61,781 nucleotides of DNA from Caldimonas sp. (GCF_046289365.1 NZ_JBKBVU010000001.1:1-61781); one strand, 5' to 3'; numbered from the stretch's first letter, positions 39,478-49,238 are shown. Notes: a model not told the origin generated them from the sequence alone. Made by a program: numbers and translations.

Positions 39478-40347
39478 TCAGGTCCCTTGCTTGAAGAGGC
39501 CTTCGGTCTTCCAGAGCAGGATGATGGCCATCATCAGGTAGACCAGCGCACCGGCGGCCTGCTGCCAGAAGACCTTGCCGAAGGTGTCGACGAAGCCGAT
39601 GAGCAGCGCGGCCACCAGGGCGCCCTTGATCGAGCCGATGCCACCGATCACCACCACCACGAAGCAGATGATGAGCACCGAGCCGCCCATGCCCGGATAG
39701 ACCGAGCTGACCGGCGCGGCAATCATGCCGGCCAGCACGGCCAGGGCCACCCCTGCGGCAAAGACGAACCGGTACAGCAGCGAGATGTTGATGCCCAGGG
39801 ACTGCACCATCTCGCGGTTGGTGGCGCCGGCGCGCACCATCATCCCCAGCCGGGTGCGCTTGATCATCAGGTACATGCCCAGCGCCACCGCCAGACACAC
39901 CCCCGAGATGAAGAGGCGGTAGACGGGGTAGGTCATGCCGTGGCCGATCTCGATGCCGCCCGACAGCCAGGCCGGTACCTCCACGCCGTGCACGTCATCA
40001 CCCACGAGGAGGCTGCGCATCTCCTCGAAGACGAGGATGAGCCCGTAGGTCATCAGCACCTGCAGCAGGTGTTCGCGTTCATACAGGAAGCTGAAGAAGC
40101 CCCATTCGAGCAGATAGCCCAGCACCACCGACAGCACGATGCCCAGCACCAGGGCCAGCGCGAAGTTGCCCGTCAGCGACGACAGCGTGAACGCCAGGTA
40201 GGCGCCGATCATGTAGAAGCTGCCATGGGCGAGGTTGATCACGCCCATGATGCCGAAGATCAGCGTCAACCCGCTGGCCACGAGGAACAGCAGCAGCCCG
40301 TACTGCACGCTGTTCAGGCACTGAATCAGAAAGGTCGTCAAGTCCAT
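39478..40347 (-). CDS. ABC permease (LivH-like)
   Basis: GLTLIFGIMGVINLAHG, VVVIGGIGS. Confidence 0.9.
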   Translation of the reverse strand: MDLTTFLIQCLNSVQYGLLLFLVASGLTLIFGIMGVINLAHGSFYMIGAYLAFTLSSLTGNFALALVLGIVLSVVLGYLLEWGFFSFLYEREHLLQVLMTYGLILVFEEMRSLLVGDDVHGVEVPAWLSGGIEIGHGMTYPVYRLFISGVCLAVALGMYLMIKRTRLGMMVRAGATNREMVQSLGINISLLYRFVFAAGVALAVLAGMIAAPVSSVYPGMGGSVLIICFVVVVIGGIGSIKGALVAALLIGFVDTFGKVFWQQAAGALVYLMMAIILLWKTEGLFKQGT

Positions 40348-40395
40348 GTGGGAGCTTCGTCTGGCCTTGGAGCAAGAGGGGCGTCAGCCTACCCA

Positions 40396-40478
40396 CCAGC
40401 AACCGCCGCGCAGCCGGCTTCGCCGGTCTGCCAGCGGTGCCCCCTCGAAGGGGGCGCGCGCAGCGCGTAGGGGGCGGT
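40396..40478 (-). repeat. Structured extragenic repeat, copy 1 (REP/MITE-like)
   Basis: About 65/83 identical by hand alignment to the reverse complement of 47348-47429; three hairpins. Confidence 0.75.
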
Positions 40479-40484
40479 CGTCGA

Positions 40485-41657
40485 TCACATCCTGCAGCCG
40501 CGAGCCGGGTCTTCCAGCCCCTTCACAGCGATGCTCACGGAGCGGTTCATCTTGTTGTCCACCTTGCGCAGATAGATGTCCTGGATGGGGTTGTGGGCCT
40601 TGGACATCGTGAAGGGGCCGCGCGGGCTGTCGATCTTGGCCGCGCGCATGCCTTGCACCACGGCGTCGCGCTTGCTGATGTCGCCGCCGGCGGCCTTCAA
40701 CCCGGCAGCCAGGAGCTGGGCGGCGTCATAGCCTTGCACGGCGTAGACGTCGGGCTGAAGCTTGTAGGTCTTGGCGTAGGCGAAGCGGAAGGCCTTGTCC
40801 TTGGTGAGCTGCAGGTCGTCGGCGTAGTGCAAGGTGGTGAACAGGCCGTTGGCGGCTTCGCCCTGGGCCTCCAGCGTGCCGTCGGTGAGAAAGCCGGCGC
40901 CGTACAGCGGGATCTTGTCCTTCAGGCCTGCGGCGGCATAGTCCTTGACGAACTTGACCGCGCCACCGCCGGCGAAGAAGACGTAGCCCGCATCGGGCTT
41001 GAGGGCGGCGATCTCGGTGAGCAGGGCCTGGAACTCGACATTGGGGAAGGGCAGGTTGAGCTCCTTGATCACCTTGCCGCCCTTGGATTCGAAGCCCTCT
41101 TTGAAGCCGCGCACCGATTCATCGCCGGCGGCATACTTCCAGGTCAGCGTCACGGCGGTCTTGTGCTTCATCTTCTCGGCCGCGACCAGGCCCATGGCAT
41201 AGGCCGGTTGCCAGTTGGTGAAGGAGGTGCGGAAGATGTTGGGCGCACACAAGGGCCCGGTGATGGCGTCGGCGCCCGCATTGGGCACGATCAGCAGGGT
41301 GTTGGTGTCTTTGGCCACCTTGGCCATGCCCATGGCCACACCGGAGTGCACGGTGCCCACGAGCACGTCGACCTGGTCGCGTTTGACCAGCTTGTTCGCG
41401 TTCTCGGGGGCCTTGGCCGGGTCGGACTCGTCGTCCACCTTGAAGAACTCCACCTCGCGGCCGGCGAGCTTGCCGCCGTTCTCGTCGAGGTACAGGCGGA
41501 AGCCGTTTTCGATGGCCGTGCCCAGCGCGGCGAAGGTGCCGGTGTAGGGCAGCATCAGCCCGATCTTGATCTTTTCGTTCTGAGCCTGGGCGGCGGTGCT
41601 CAGCGTGGCGGCCAGGGCGGTTGCCAGCAAGGCAAGGGCGGGACGGGATGTGTTCAT
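40485..41657 (-). CDS. Aromatic-acid (benzoate) ABC substrate-binding protein
   Basis: AGGAG RBS; GLMLPYTGTFAALG, VDDESDP, GTVHSGV, FRTSF; box-cluster context. Confidence 0.88.
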   Translation of the reverse strand: MNTSRPALALLATALAATLSTAAQAQNEKIKIGLMLPYTGTFAALGTAIENGFRLYLDENGGKLAGREVEFFKVDDESDPAKAPENANKLVKRDQVDVLVGTVHSGVAMGMAKVAKDTNTLLIVPNAGADAITGPLCAPNIFRTSFTNWQPAYAMGLVAAEKMKHKTAVTLTWKYAAGDESVRGFKEGFESKGGKVIKELNLPFPNVEFQALLTEIAALKPDAGYVFFAGGGAVKFVKDYAAAGLKDKIPLYGAGFLTDGTLEAQGEAANGLFTTLHYADDLQLTKDKAFRFAYAKTYKLQPDVYAVQGYDAAQLLAAGLKAAGGDISKRDAVVQGMRAAKIDSPRGPFTMSKAHNPIQDIYLRKVDNKMNRSVSIAVKGLEDPARGCRM

Positions 41658-41686
41658 GGCTTGTCTCCTTCTTGGTGGGGGCGAAC

Positions 41687-42556
41687 TCAAGGGGTTCTTG
41701 TCGCGGCCGCTGGGCCGGCTGGTGCCCGCGCACGCGGGTGCCGCCTCAGGAACTCGGACACCTGGCGCATCAGGGCGGCAGGCTGGTCGCGGTGCGGCGA
41801 ATGGCCGCAGTCGTCGAGCTTGAGCAGTTCGGCCTGCGGCACCGCCAGGGCGATCGCTTCGATCTGGGCCATCGTGCCGTACTCGTCGTCACGGCCTTGC
41901 ACGGCCAGCACCGGGCAGCGGATGGCGTTCAGCAGAGGGCGGATGTCGAAGCGGCGGAATGCCGGGTCGAGCCACACGTCGTTCCAGCCCCAGAAGGCCG
42001 AGTCCGGGTCGGCGTGGTAGCGCGCGAGCTTGCTGCGCAGGTCGGTGGTGACGTAGCCGTCCTTGGCCTTCTCGATGCTGGCGATAGTCAGATCCTCGAC
42101 GAAGGTGTGGGGCGCGGCGACGATCAGGCCGGCCACATGGTCGGGGCGGCTGGCGGCGTGAATCAGCGCGATGGAGCCGCCATCGCTGTGGCCGTAGAAC
42201 CACGGTGGGTCGGCCGCGGTGTCCAGGTCCAGGGCCTCGAAGAAGCGGGGCAAGAAGTCGCGGGCCTGGTGGTGCATGAAGTCCACCGGCCAGCGCTCGT
42301 GGCCGGCACGGGGGCTGGACTGGCCGTAGCCCCAGCGCGACAGCACCAGGCCGCGGCAGCCGGCCGCCTCGCACAGGGCACGAGGAAACTCCTTCCACAT
42401 CGCCACCGATCCCAGACCCTCGTGCAGGAACACGAGCAGGGGCTGCTGGCGGCGCTGCGGGGCGATCCAGATGTATTCGATCAGGTCTTCGCGGCCGTTC
42501 CAGCGCACATTGGCAAACTGGGTGGCGCTTTGCGGGGCCAGCACGGGCTCGTTCAT
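41687..42556 (-). CDS. Alpha/beta hydrolase (box-cluster lactonase-like)
   Basis: FLHEGLGS, GHSDGG nucleophile elbow, DEYG, CGHSPH. Confidence 0.85.
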   Translation of the reverse strand: MNEPVLAPQSATQFANVRWNGREDLIEYIWIAPQRRQQPLLVFLHEGLGSVAMWKEFPRALCEAAGCRGLVLSRWGYGQSSPRAGHERWPVDFMHHQARDFLPRFFEALDLDTAADPPWFYGHSDGGSIALIHAASRPDHVAGLIVAAPHTFVEDLTIASIEKAKDGYVTTDLRSKLARYHADPDSAFWGWNDVWLDPAFRRFDIRPLLNAIRCPVLAVQGRDDEYGTMAQIEAIALAVPQAELLKLDDCGHSPHRDQPAALMRQVSEFLRRHPRARAPAGPAAATRTP

Positions 42557-44130
42557 GCCAACCTCCCCAGGGCCTCGCGCTCGCGCAGGCGGAAGCGCTG
42601 GATCTTGCCGGTGGCCGTCTTGGGAAGCTCGGCGACGAACTCGATCGCGCGGGGATACTTGTGCGGAGCCAGGCGGTCCTTCACGAAGGCCTTGAGCTCG
42701 GCGGCGAGGGACTCATCCGCCGCGTGCTGGGGCTTGAGCACGACGAAAGCCTTGGTCTTGGTCAGGCCCTGAGGGTCGGTCACGCCGATCACCGCAGCCT
42801 CGAGCACGGCCGGGTGCTGCACCAGCGTGGCCTCCACCTCGAAGGGCGAGACGTACTGGCCGCTCACCTTGAGCATGTCGTCGCTGCGACCCGCATAGGT
42901 GTAGTAGCCCTGGGCGTCTCGGCTGTACTTGTCGCCGCTCTTGGTCCAGGCGCCCTGGAAGGTCTCACGCGACTTCTCGCGGTTGTTCCAGTACATCAGC
43001 GCGGCACTGGGGCCCCGGATGTAGAGGTCACCGATCTCGCCGTCGGGCACGGGGCGGCCGTCCTCGCCGCGCAGCTCGATCTCATAGCCTTCCACCGGCT
43101 TGCCGGTGGTGCCGTAGCGCACGTCACCGGGACGGTTGGACAGGAAGATGTGCAGCATTTCGGTCGAGCCGATGCCGTCGATGATCTGACAGCCGAAATG
43201 GGCGGTGAAGCGCTCGCCGATCTCCTGAGGCAAGGCCTCGCCGGCCGACGAGCACAGGCGCAGCGCCACCTGCGAGCGCGGCGGCAGCAACGGCGAGGCC
43301 AGCATGCCGGCATAGCCTGTGGGGGCGCCGAAGAAGATCGTGGGCCGCTGCCCGGTCAAGCGCTTGAAGCAGGCCTCGGGGGTGGGGCGCTCGGCCATCA
43401 GGACGACGCTGGCGCCCACGCTCAGGGGGAAGCTCAGTGCATTGCCCAGGCCATAGGCAAAGAAGAGCTTGGCGGCCGAGAAGACCATGTCCGTCTCGCG
43501 CAGGCCCAGCACCGGGCCGCCATAAAGCTCGGCGGTCCAGTAGGGGTTGGCGTGCGTGTGCACGGTGCCCTTGGGCCGCCCCGTCGAGCCCGAGGAGTAC
43601 AGCCAGAAGGCGGGTTCGTCGGCCATCGTGGCGGCCGGGTGCGAAGCCGGCGCATGGGCCTGGAGCAGCGTGTCCAGGGCTTGCATGCCCTCGGGCAGCC
43701 CGCCCGAGGGGTGCGAGACGATCACCTGCTGCAGTTCATGCGGGGCCTGGGCCATCGCGGCCTGCAACACGGGCAGCAGCGCGGCGGACACGAGGGCCGC
43801 ACGGGCGCGGCAGTGGCCCAGCATGTAGGCGTAGTCGTCGGCGGTGAGCAAGGTGTTGACGGCCACCGGCACCACCCCGGCATACAGCGCGCCCAGGAAG
43901 CTCACCGGCCAGTCGATGTTGTCGTGCATCAGCAGCAGCACCCGCTCCTCGCGGCGCAGGCCCAGGGCCTGCAGGCCGGCGGCCATGCGGCGCACGCGGT
44001 CGGCGAGTTCGCCGTAGGTGATGCTCCCATCGTCGTCGATGTAGGCGGTCTTGCCGCAGCGGCCGGCGTTGCGTTCGATCAGGTGCTGAGCGAAGTTAAA
44101 GGCCGCCGGCGGGGCAGGGGGCAGGGACAT
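42553..44130 (-). CDS. bclA: Benzoate-CoA ligase
   Basis: YSSGSTGRPKG, AAKLFFAYGLGN, DGIGSTEMLHIFLSN, KTATGKIQRF. Confidence 0.92.
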   Translation of the reverse strand: MSLPPAPPAAFNFAQHLIERNAGRCGKTAYIDDDGSITYGELADRVRRMAAGLQALGLRREERVLLLMHDNIDWPVSFLGALYAGVVPVAVNTLLTADDYAYMLGHCRARAALVSAALLPVLQAAMAQAPHELQQVIVSHPSGGLPEGMQALDTLLQAHAPASHPAATMADEPAFWLYSSGSTGRPKGTVHTHANPYWTAELYGGPVLGLRETDMVFSAAKLFFAYGLGNALSFPLSVGASVVLMAERPTPEACFKRLTGQRPTIFFGAPTGYAGMLASPLLPPRSQVALRLCSSAGEALPQEIGERFTAHFGCQIIDGIGSTEMLHIFLSNRPGDVRYGTTGKPVEGYEIELRGEDGRPVPDGEIGDLYIRGPSAALMYWNNREKSRETFQGAWTKSGDKYSRDAQGYYTYAGRSDDMLKVSGQYVSPFEVEATLVQHPAVLEAAVIGVTDPQGLTKTKAFVVLKPQHAADESLAAELKAFVKDRLAPHKYPRAIEFVAELPKTATGKIQRFRLREREALGRLA

Positions 44131-44170
44131 AGGGGGTCTCCTCGGTCGCGGTGTTCTGTGAAGGGTCCGC

Positions 44171-45745
44171 TCAGTCCGCCGTCCACGCCGTGCCCTGCGG
44201 GGCCAGGTGTGCCAGCACGGCCGGGGCGGCCTGGACGGCGCTGCGGCGGTGGTAAAAGGCCAGGGCACGCAGGCCGCCAAGTTCTTCGCCACCGCCCGCC
44301 CGGCCGGGGCCGCCATGCAGGGAGTGCGGCATCACGTTGCCATGGCCGGTGTGCAGTGCGGCCACCTCGGGCGAGACCACGTGCACGCGGCCGTGGCTGT
44401 CGGCCAGCGCCAGCGCGGCATCGGCCAGGGCCCGGGGCTCGGCGCCGTAGAGTGAGGCCACCAGCGAGCCTTCACCTCGGCGCACCAGAGCCAGGGCCTC
44501 GTCGAGCGAGCGATAAGGCATCAACGTGGCCACGGGGCCGAAGACCTCGGTGTCGTGCACCCGGGCGGCGGCTCCCGGATCGCGCGCGCCCAGCAGGGTC
44601 GGGCCGATGCAGGCGGCCACGGCCGGGTCGGCCTCCACCAGGGCATGGCTGCCGCCGTCGTGCAGGACATCGGTCTGCCCGCGCAGCACGGCCAGGCCTT
44701 CGCGCACCGAGGCGAGCTGTTCGCGGCTGACCAGCGCGCCCATGCGCACGGTCTCGTTGCGCGGGTTGCCCACCGTGATGCGGGCCAGCCGGGCACCGAT
44801 GGCCTCGGCGGCAGCGTCAAAGCAGGCCTGGGGCACGAAGACGCGACGGATCGCGGTGCACTTCTGGCCCGACTTCACCGTCATCTCGCGCACCACTTCG
44901 GCCACGAGCAGCTCAAAGGCCTCGGTGCCAGGGGCGGCATCGGGCAGCAGCAGTGCCGAGTTCAGGCTGTCGGCCTCGATGTTGACGCGCACCGAACGTT
45001 GCGCGACGGCCGGGTGACTGCGGATCAGGGCCGCCGTCTGGGCCGAACCGGTGAAGGACAGCACGTCGAAGGGCTGCAGCGCATCGAGCAGGCCGCGCGA
45101 GCTGCCGCACACCACCGACAGCGCCCCCGGGGGCAGCAGGCCGGCGGCCACGACGTCGGCCACCATGCGTTGCGTGAGCCAGGCCGTGGCGGTGGCCGGC
45201 TTGACGATCACGGGCACGCCGCTCAGCAAGGCAGGGGCGGCCTTTTCCCACAGGCCCCAGGCGGGGAAGTTGAAGGCATTGATGAACAGGGCCACGCCGC
45301 GCGTGGGCACAAGCACGTGCCGGCAGGCAAAGGCACCGTCCCGGGCCAGGCGGGCGGCTTCGCCGTCGAGCAGCACGCGCGCCTGTCCCAGCGACCGACC
45401 CCAGCGGGCATACTGGCCCAGGGTGTAGATGGCGCCGTCGATGTCCACGCCGCAGTCTTTGCGGGTGGTGCCCGAGTTGGCGATCGCGATCTCGAAGTAA
45501 GCCTCGCGGTGGGCCTGCAGCACCTCGCTGACGCCGCCCAGCAGATCGGCGCGTTCGCGATAGCTCAGCGCCCGCAGGGCGCGGCCGCCGGCCTCCCGGG
45601 CGTGGGCAAAGCCTTGCTCAAGATCCAGGCCTTCGCTGGACACCCGGGCCAGTTCGTGGCCCAGCACCGGGTCGATCAGGGGGGTGCCGGGGCCGGTGCC
45701 GTATTGCCAGCGGCCGGCCCAGTGGTTGGGCAGCAGGGGGGTCAT
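44171..45745 (-). CDS. boxD: 3,4-dehydroadipyl-CoA semialdehyde dehydrogenase
   Basis: INAFNFPAWG, EADSLN, KSGQKCTAIRR, HGGPGRAGGGEELGG; PaaZ-like ALDH without a MaoC domain. Confidence 0.88.
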   Translation of the reverse strand: MTPLLPNHWAGRWQYGTGPGTPLIDPVLGHELARVSSEGLDLEQGFAHAREAGGRALRALSYRERADLLGGVSEVLQAHREAYFEIAIANSGTTRKDCGVDIDGAIYTLGQYARWGRSLGQARVLLDGEAARLARDGAFACRHVLVPTRGVALFINAFNFPAWGLWEKAAPALLSGVPVIVKPATATAWLTQRMVADVVAAGLLPPGALSVVCGSSRGLLDALQPFDVLSFTGSAQTAALIRSHPAVAQRSVRVNIEADSLNSALLLPDAAPGTEAFELLVAEVVREMTVKSGQKCTAIRRVFVPQACFDAAAEAIGARLARITVGNPRNETVRMGALVSREQLASVREGLAVLRGQTDVLHDGGSHALVEADPAVAACIGPTLLGARDPGAAARVHDTEVFGPVATLMPYRSLDEALALVRRGEGSLVASLYGAEPRALADAALALADSHGRVHVVSPEVAALHTGHGNVMPHSLHGGPGRAGGGEELGGLRALAFYHRRSAVQAAPAVLAHLAPQGTAWTAD

Positions 45746-46215
45746 GATGCGGTGAATTCGATGCGCCCATCGGGCAGCAAGTACAGCACCAGGGCGCGGC
45801 CCTGCGTGACGGTGGGGCGGTGGGCGCTGCCGGGGGGATAGACCTTCCAGCCGGCGCCTTGGCCATCGAAGCGCGCCCCCGGCGTGAGCGGCATCACCAG
45901 GTCGATCTCGCCGTTCGGGTGGCGGTGATGCGGGCCGATGCAGTCGTCCATGTCCACCACGTCCACCGAGAAGCCGGCAGTCTCGGGCCCGGGTCGCACC
46001 ACGCGGCCGTAGCGCAGCCGCGGCACGTCCTCGGCCTGGTGCCTGCACAGCCAGCCCTCGGCCACCCCACCGCGGCAGGCCTCGCTCATCTGGCGGTACC
46101 AGTCGCTGTGGGCGCCGTGGGTTTCGTTCAGCCAATCCTGCAGGGCCGGATCCAGCGGACGACCGACCAGGGCCTGCGTTATCGTTCGCACCAGGGCATC
46201 AAATGGCTCGCGCAT
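45742..46215 (-). CDS. DUF4863-like cupin protein, translationally coupled to boxD
   Basis: YGRV, FSVDVVDM, GPHHRHPNGEID, YPPGSAH, LYLLPDG; AAGGA RBS; ATGA overlap with boxD. Confidence 0.75.
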   Translation of the reverse strand: MREPFDALVRTITQALVGRPLDPALQDWLNETHGAHSDWYRQMSEACRGGVAEGWLCRHQAEDVPRLRYGRVVRPGPETAGFSVDVVDMDDCIGPHHRHPNGEIDLVMPLTPGARFDGQGAGWKVYPPGSAHRPTVTQGRALVLYLLPDGRIEFTAS

Positions 46216-46316
46216 GTCCGTGCATCCTTTCAGGGCCCCGAGGGGGCTGGAAAACTTGGGGGTGTGGCCCGGCGTTTCCTTGAGCGGGGTTTGTCGGACT
46301 TGAAGCCCGAACAAGC

Positions 46317-46385
46317 ATGAAGTATTTTGCATGTGATGCCAACAATACGCGCCGGACTTGCGCGGTGTCAAGAAAAATAGTTCAT
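46317..46385 (-). promoter_or_regulatory. Promoter of the boxD operon with two candidate BoxR sites
   Basis: Minus strand TTGACA(46371-66)-18 bp-TATTGT(46347-42), flanked by ATGAAGTATTTTGCAT (46317-32) and AAGAAAAATAGTTCAT (46370-85). Confidence 0.6.
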
Positions 46386-46441
46386 GTTGGGGAAAATCCC
46401 GAGGGTGGCAACCCCAGCATGTGGAGCGACCGATCGTGGAC

Positions 46442-47347
46442 ATGAGCGAGATGACGGTGGAGGAGGGCCCTGCCAAGGAGCCTTTTCTGGTGGCCCTGGG
46501 CGAACGCATCCGCACCCTGCGGGCGCGGCGGGGCCTGACGCGCAAGGCGACGGCGCAGGCCGCGGGCATCTCCGAGCGCCATCTGGCCAATCTGGAGTTG
46601 GGCACCGGCAATGCGTCGATCCTGATCCTGCAGCAGGTGGCGCAGGCCCTGCAGTGCCCGCTGGCCGAGCTGATCGGAGATGTCACGACCTCCACGCCCG
46701 AGTGGCTGCTCATCCGCGAGCTGCTCGAGGGGCGCTCGGAGGTGGACCTGCATCGCGCCCGGCTCAAGCTCGCCGAGCTTTTTGGCTCCGGCGGCGACCG
46801 ACGCTCGCGCCTGGCACGCATCGCGCTGATCGGGCTGCGTGGGGCGGGCAAGTCCACGCTGGGGCGCATGCTCGCCGAAGACCTGGGCTACCCCTTCGTC
46901 GAGCTCAGCCGCGAGATCGAGAAGGTCGCAGGTTGCAGCATCGTCGAGATCCATTCCCTCTACGGCACTAACGCCTACCGACGCTATGAGCGGCGCGCGC
47001 TGGAGGAGACGATCCAGATCTACCCCGAGGTGGTGATCGCCACCCCGGGCGGCCTGGTGTCCGAGCCCTCCACCTTCAACCTGCTGCTCACGCACTGCTA
47101 CACGATCTGGCTGCAGGCCGAGCCCGAGGACCACATGAAGCGCGTCGTCGCCCAGGGGGACTTCCGCCCGATGTCGGGCAGCAAGGAGGCGATGGAGGAC
47201 CTCAAGCGCATCCTGGCCGGACGTGCGGCCTTCTACGCCAAGGCCGACCTCAGCTACAACACCAGCGGCCACTCGCTGGAGGCCAGCTTCGCCGGCCTGC
47301 GCGCCGCCGTGCGCCACGCCGCCGGCCTGGTGGACTGGATGGTTTGA
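46442..47347 (+). CDS. boxR: BoxR/BzdR-family regulator (XRE HTH + shikimate-kinase-like domain)
   Basis: SERHLANLELGTGN HTH; IGLRGAGKSTLG; QGDFRPM. Confidence 0.92.
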   Translation: MSEMTVEEGPAKEPFLVALGERIRTLRARRGLTRKATAQAAGISERHLANLELGTGNASILILQQVAQALQCPLAELIGDVTTSTPEWLLIRELLEGRSEVDLHRARLKLAELFGSGGDRRSRLARIALIGLRGAGKSTLGRMLAEDLGYPFVELSREIEKVAGCSIVEIHSLYGTNAYRRYERRALEETIQIYPEVVIATPGGLVSEPSTFNLLLTHCYTIWLQAEPEDHMKRVVAQGDFRPMSGSKEAMEDLKRILAGRAAFYAKADLSYNTSGHSLEASFAGLRAAVRHAAGLVDWMV

Positions 47348-47429
47348 ACCACCCCCTACGGCCTGCGGCCACCCCCTCAAGGGGACGACGCGGGCGGACC
47401 GGCGGAGCCGGATCCGCGGCGTCTGCTGG
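47348..47429 (+). repeat. Structured extragenic repeat, copy 2
   Basis: Inverted copy of 40396-40478; starts immediately after the boxR stop codon. Confidence 0.75.
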
Positions 47430-47493
47430 TTAGGCCTACCGCCTCTGAGTTCGGTTGGATCGGTGCCTCCGGGTTTGTCCGGAATTGGTTTCC

Positions 47494-47557
47494 TTGACGC
47501 GCCTCATGACATGCACTATTGTGCAGTCATTGACTCAAGGCATGCATTATGGTGCAT
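47494..47557 (+). promoter_or_regulatory. boxC promoter with two candidate BoxR operators
   Basis: TTGACG(47494-99)-17 bp-TATTGT(47517-22); imperfect palindromes ATGCACTATTGTGCAG (47511-26) and ATGCATTATGGTGCAT (47542-57). Confidence 0.72.
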
Positions 47558-47576
47558 GTTCAGACAGGAGCCCGAG

Positions 47577-49238
47577 ATGACCGACAACACCGCCCGCGTG
47601 GACTACCAGACCGATCCCTCCCGCTACAAGCATTGGAAGCTGAGCTTTGACGGCGCCATCGCCACACTGGCGATGGACGTGGACGAGGACGGTGGGCTGC
47701 GGCCGGGCTACAAGCTCAAGCTGAACTCCTATGACCTGGGGGTGGACATCGAGCTGCACGATGCGCTCAATCGCATCCGCTTCGAGCACCCCGAGGTGCG
47801 CACCGTCATCGTCACCAGCCTGAAGGAGCGCATCTTCTGCTCGGGCGCGAACATCTTCATGCTGGGTCTGTCCAGCCATGGATGGAAGGTGAACTTCTGC
47901 AAGTTCACGAACGAGACACGCAACGGCATCGAGGATTCCAGCCGGCACGGCGGCCTGAAATTCGTGGCTGCGCTCAACGGGGCCTGCGCCGGCGGTGGCT
48001 ATGAGCTGGCGCTGGCGTGCGACGACATCGTGTTGGTGGACGACCGCTCCTCGTCCGTGTCACTGCCCGAGGTGCCGCTGCTCGGTGTGCTGCCGGGCAC
48101 CGGGGGGCTCACCCGCGTGACCGACAAGCGTCGCGTGCGCCACGACCTGGCCGACATCTTCTGCACCACCAACGAAGGCGTGCGCGGCCAGCGCGCGTTG
48201 GACTGGCGCCTGGTGGACGCGATCGCCAAGCCGGCCCAGTTCGCCCAGGTGGTGCACGAGCGTGCCCTCAAGCTGGCGGCCCTCAGCGACCGCCCGGCCG
48301 CGGCGAAGGGCGTGGCGCTGGTGCCGCTGCATCGCCGTATCGAGGCCGACGCGATTCGCTACGAGCATGTGCAGGTGGGGATCGACCGCGGCCGGCGCAC
48401 CGCTACTTTCACGGTGAAGGCGCCTACCACGACCCAGCCCACCGACGTCGCCGGCATCGAGGCCGCGGGGGCCGCCTGGTGGCCGATGCAGATGGCGCGC
48501 GAGCTGGACGATGCCATCCTGGAGATGCGCACCAACGAACCCGACGTCGGCACCTGGCTGCTCAAGACCGAGGGGGACGCCCAGGCCGTGCTGGCCTGCG
48601 ATGCGGCCCTTCGGGCCCACCGGGACCACTGGTTCGTGCGGGAGGTGACAGGGCTGCTGCGCCGCACGCTGGCCCGCCTGGATGTGTCCTCGCGCAGCCT
48701 GTTTGCGCTGATAGAGCCGGGTTCGTGCTTCGCCGGCACGCTGGCCGAGCTGGCCTTCGCCGCCGATCGCATCTACATGCTGGCCCTGCCGGCCGACGCC
48801 GCGCGTGCGCCGCGCCTGCATCTGAGCGAGCTCAACTTCGGCACCTACCCCATGGTCAACGGCCAGTCGCGCCTGGCGCGCCGCTTCTATGAGGAAGAAG
48901 CCCCGCTGGCCGCCGCGCGTGCCGCGATCGGCCAGGCGCTGGGGGCCGACCAGGCGCTGGCCCTGGGCCTGGTCACCTCGGCGCCTGACGACATCGACTG
49001 GGGCGACGAGGTCCGCCTGGCCATCGAGGAACGTGCCGCGATGTCGCCCGATGCACTCACCGGCTTGGAGGCCAACCTGCGCTTTGCCGGCCGGGAAACG
49101 ATGGAGACGCGCATCTTCGGCCGCCTGAGCGCGTGGCAGAACTGGATCTTCCAGCGCCCCAACGCCGTGGGCGAGAAGGGCGCGCTCAAGGTCTACGGCA
49201 AGGGCGACAAAGCCGTCTTCGATCTGAACCGGGTCTGA
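47577..49238 (+). CDS. boxC: 2,3-epoxybenzoyl-CoA dihydrolase
   Basis: KLNSYDLGVDIEL, KVNFCKFTNETRN, WQNWIFQRPNA. Confidence 0.95.
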   Translation: MTDNTARVDYQTDPSRYKHWKLSFDGAIATLAMDVDEDGGLRPGYKLKLNSYDLGVDIELHDALNRIRFEHPEVRTVIVTSLKERIFCSGANIFMLGLSSHGWKVNFCKFTNETRNGIEDSSRHGGLKFVAALNGACAGGGYELALACDDIVLVDDRSSSVSLPEVPLLGVLPGTGGLTRVTDKRRVRHDLADIFCTTNEGVRGQRALDWRLVDAIAKPAQFAQVVHERALKLAALSDRPAAAKGVALVPLHRRIEADAIRYEHVQVGIDRGRRTATFTVKAPTTTQPTDVAGIEAAGAAWWPMQMARELDDAILEMRTNEPDVGTWLLKTEGDAQAVLACDAALRAHRDHWFVREVTGLLRRTLARLDVSSRSLFALIEPGSCFAGTLAELAFAADRIYMLALPADAARAPRLHLSELNFGTYPMVNGQSRLARRFYEEEAPLAAARAAIGQALGADQALALGLVTSAPDDIDWGDEVRLAIEERAAMSPDALTGLEANLRFAGRETMETRIFGRLSAWQNWIFQRPNAVGEKGALKVYGKGDKAVFDLNRV

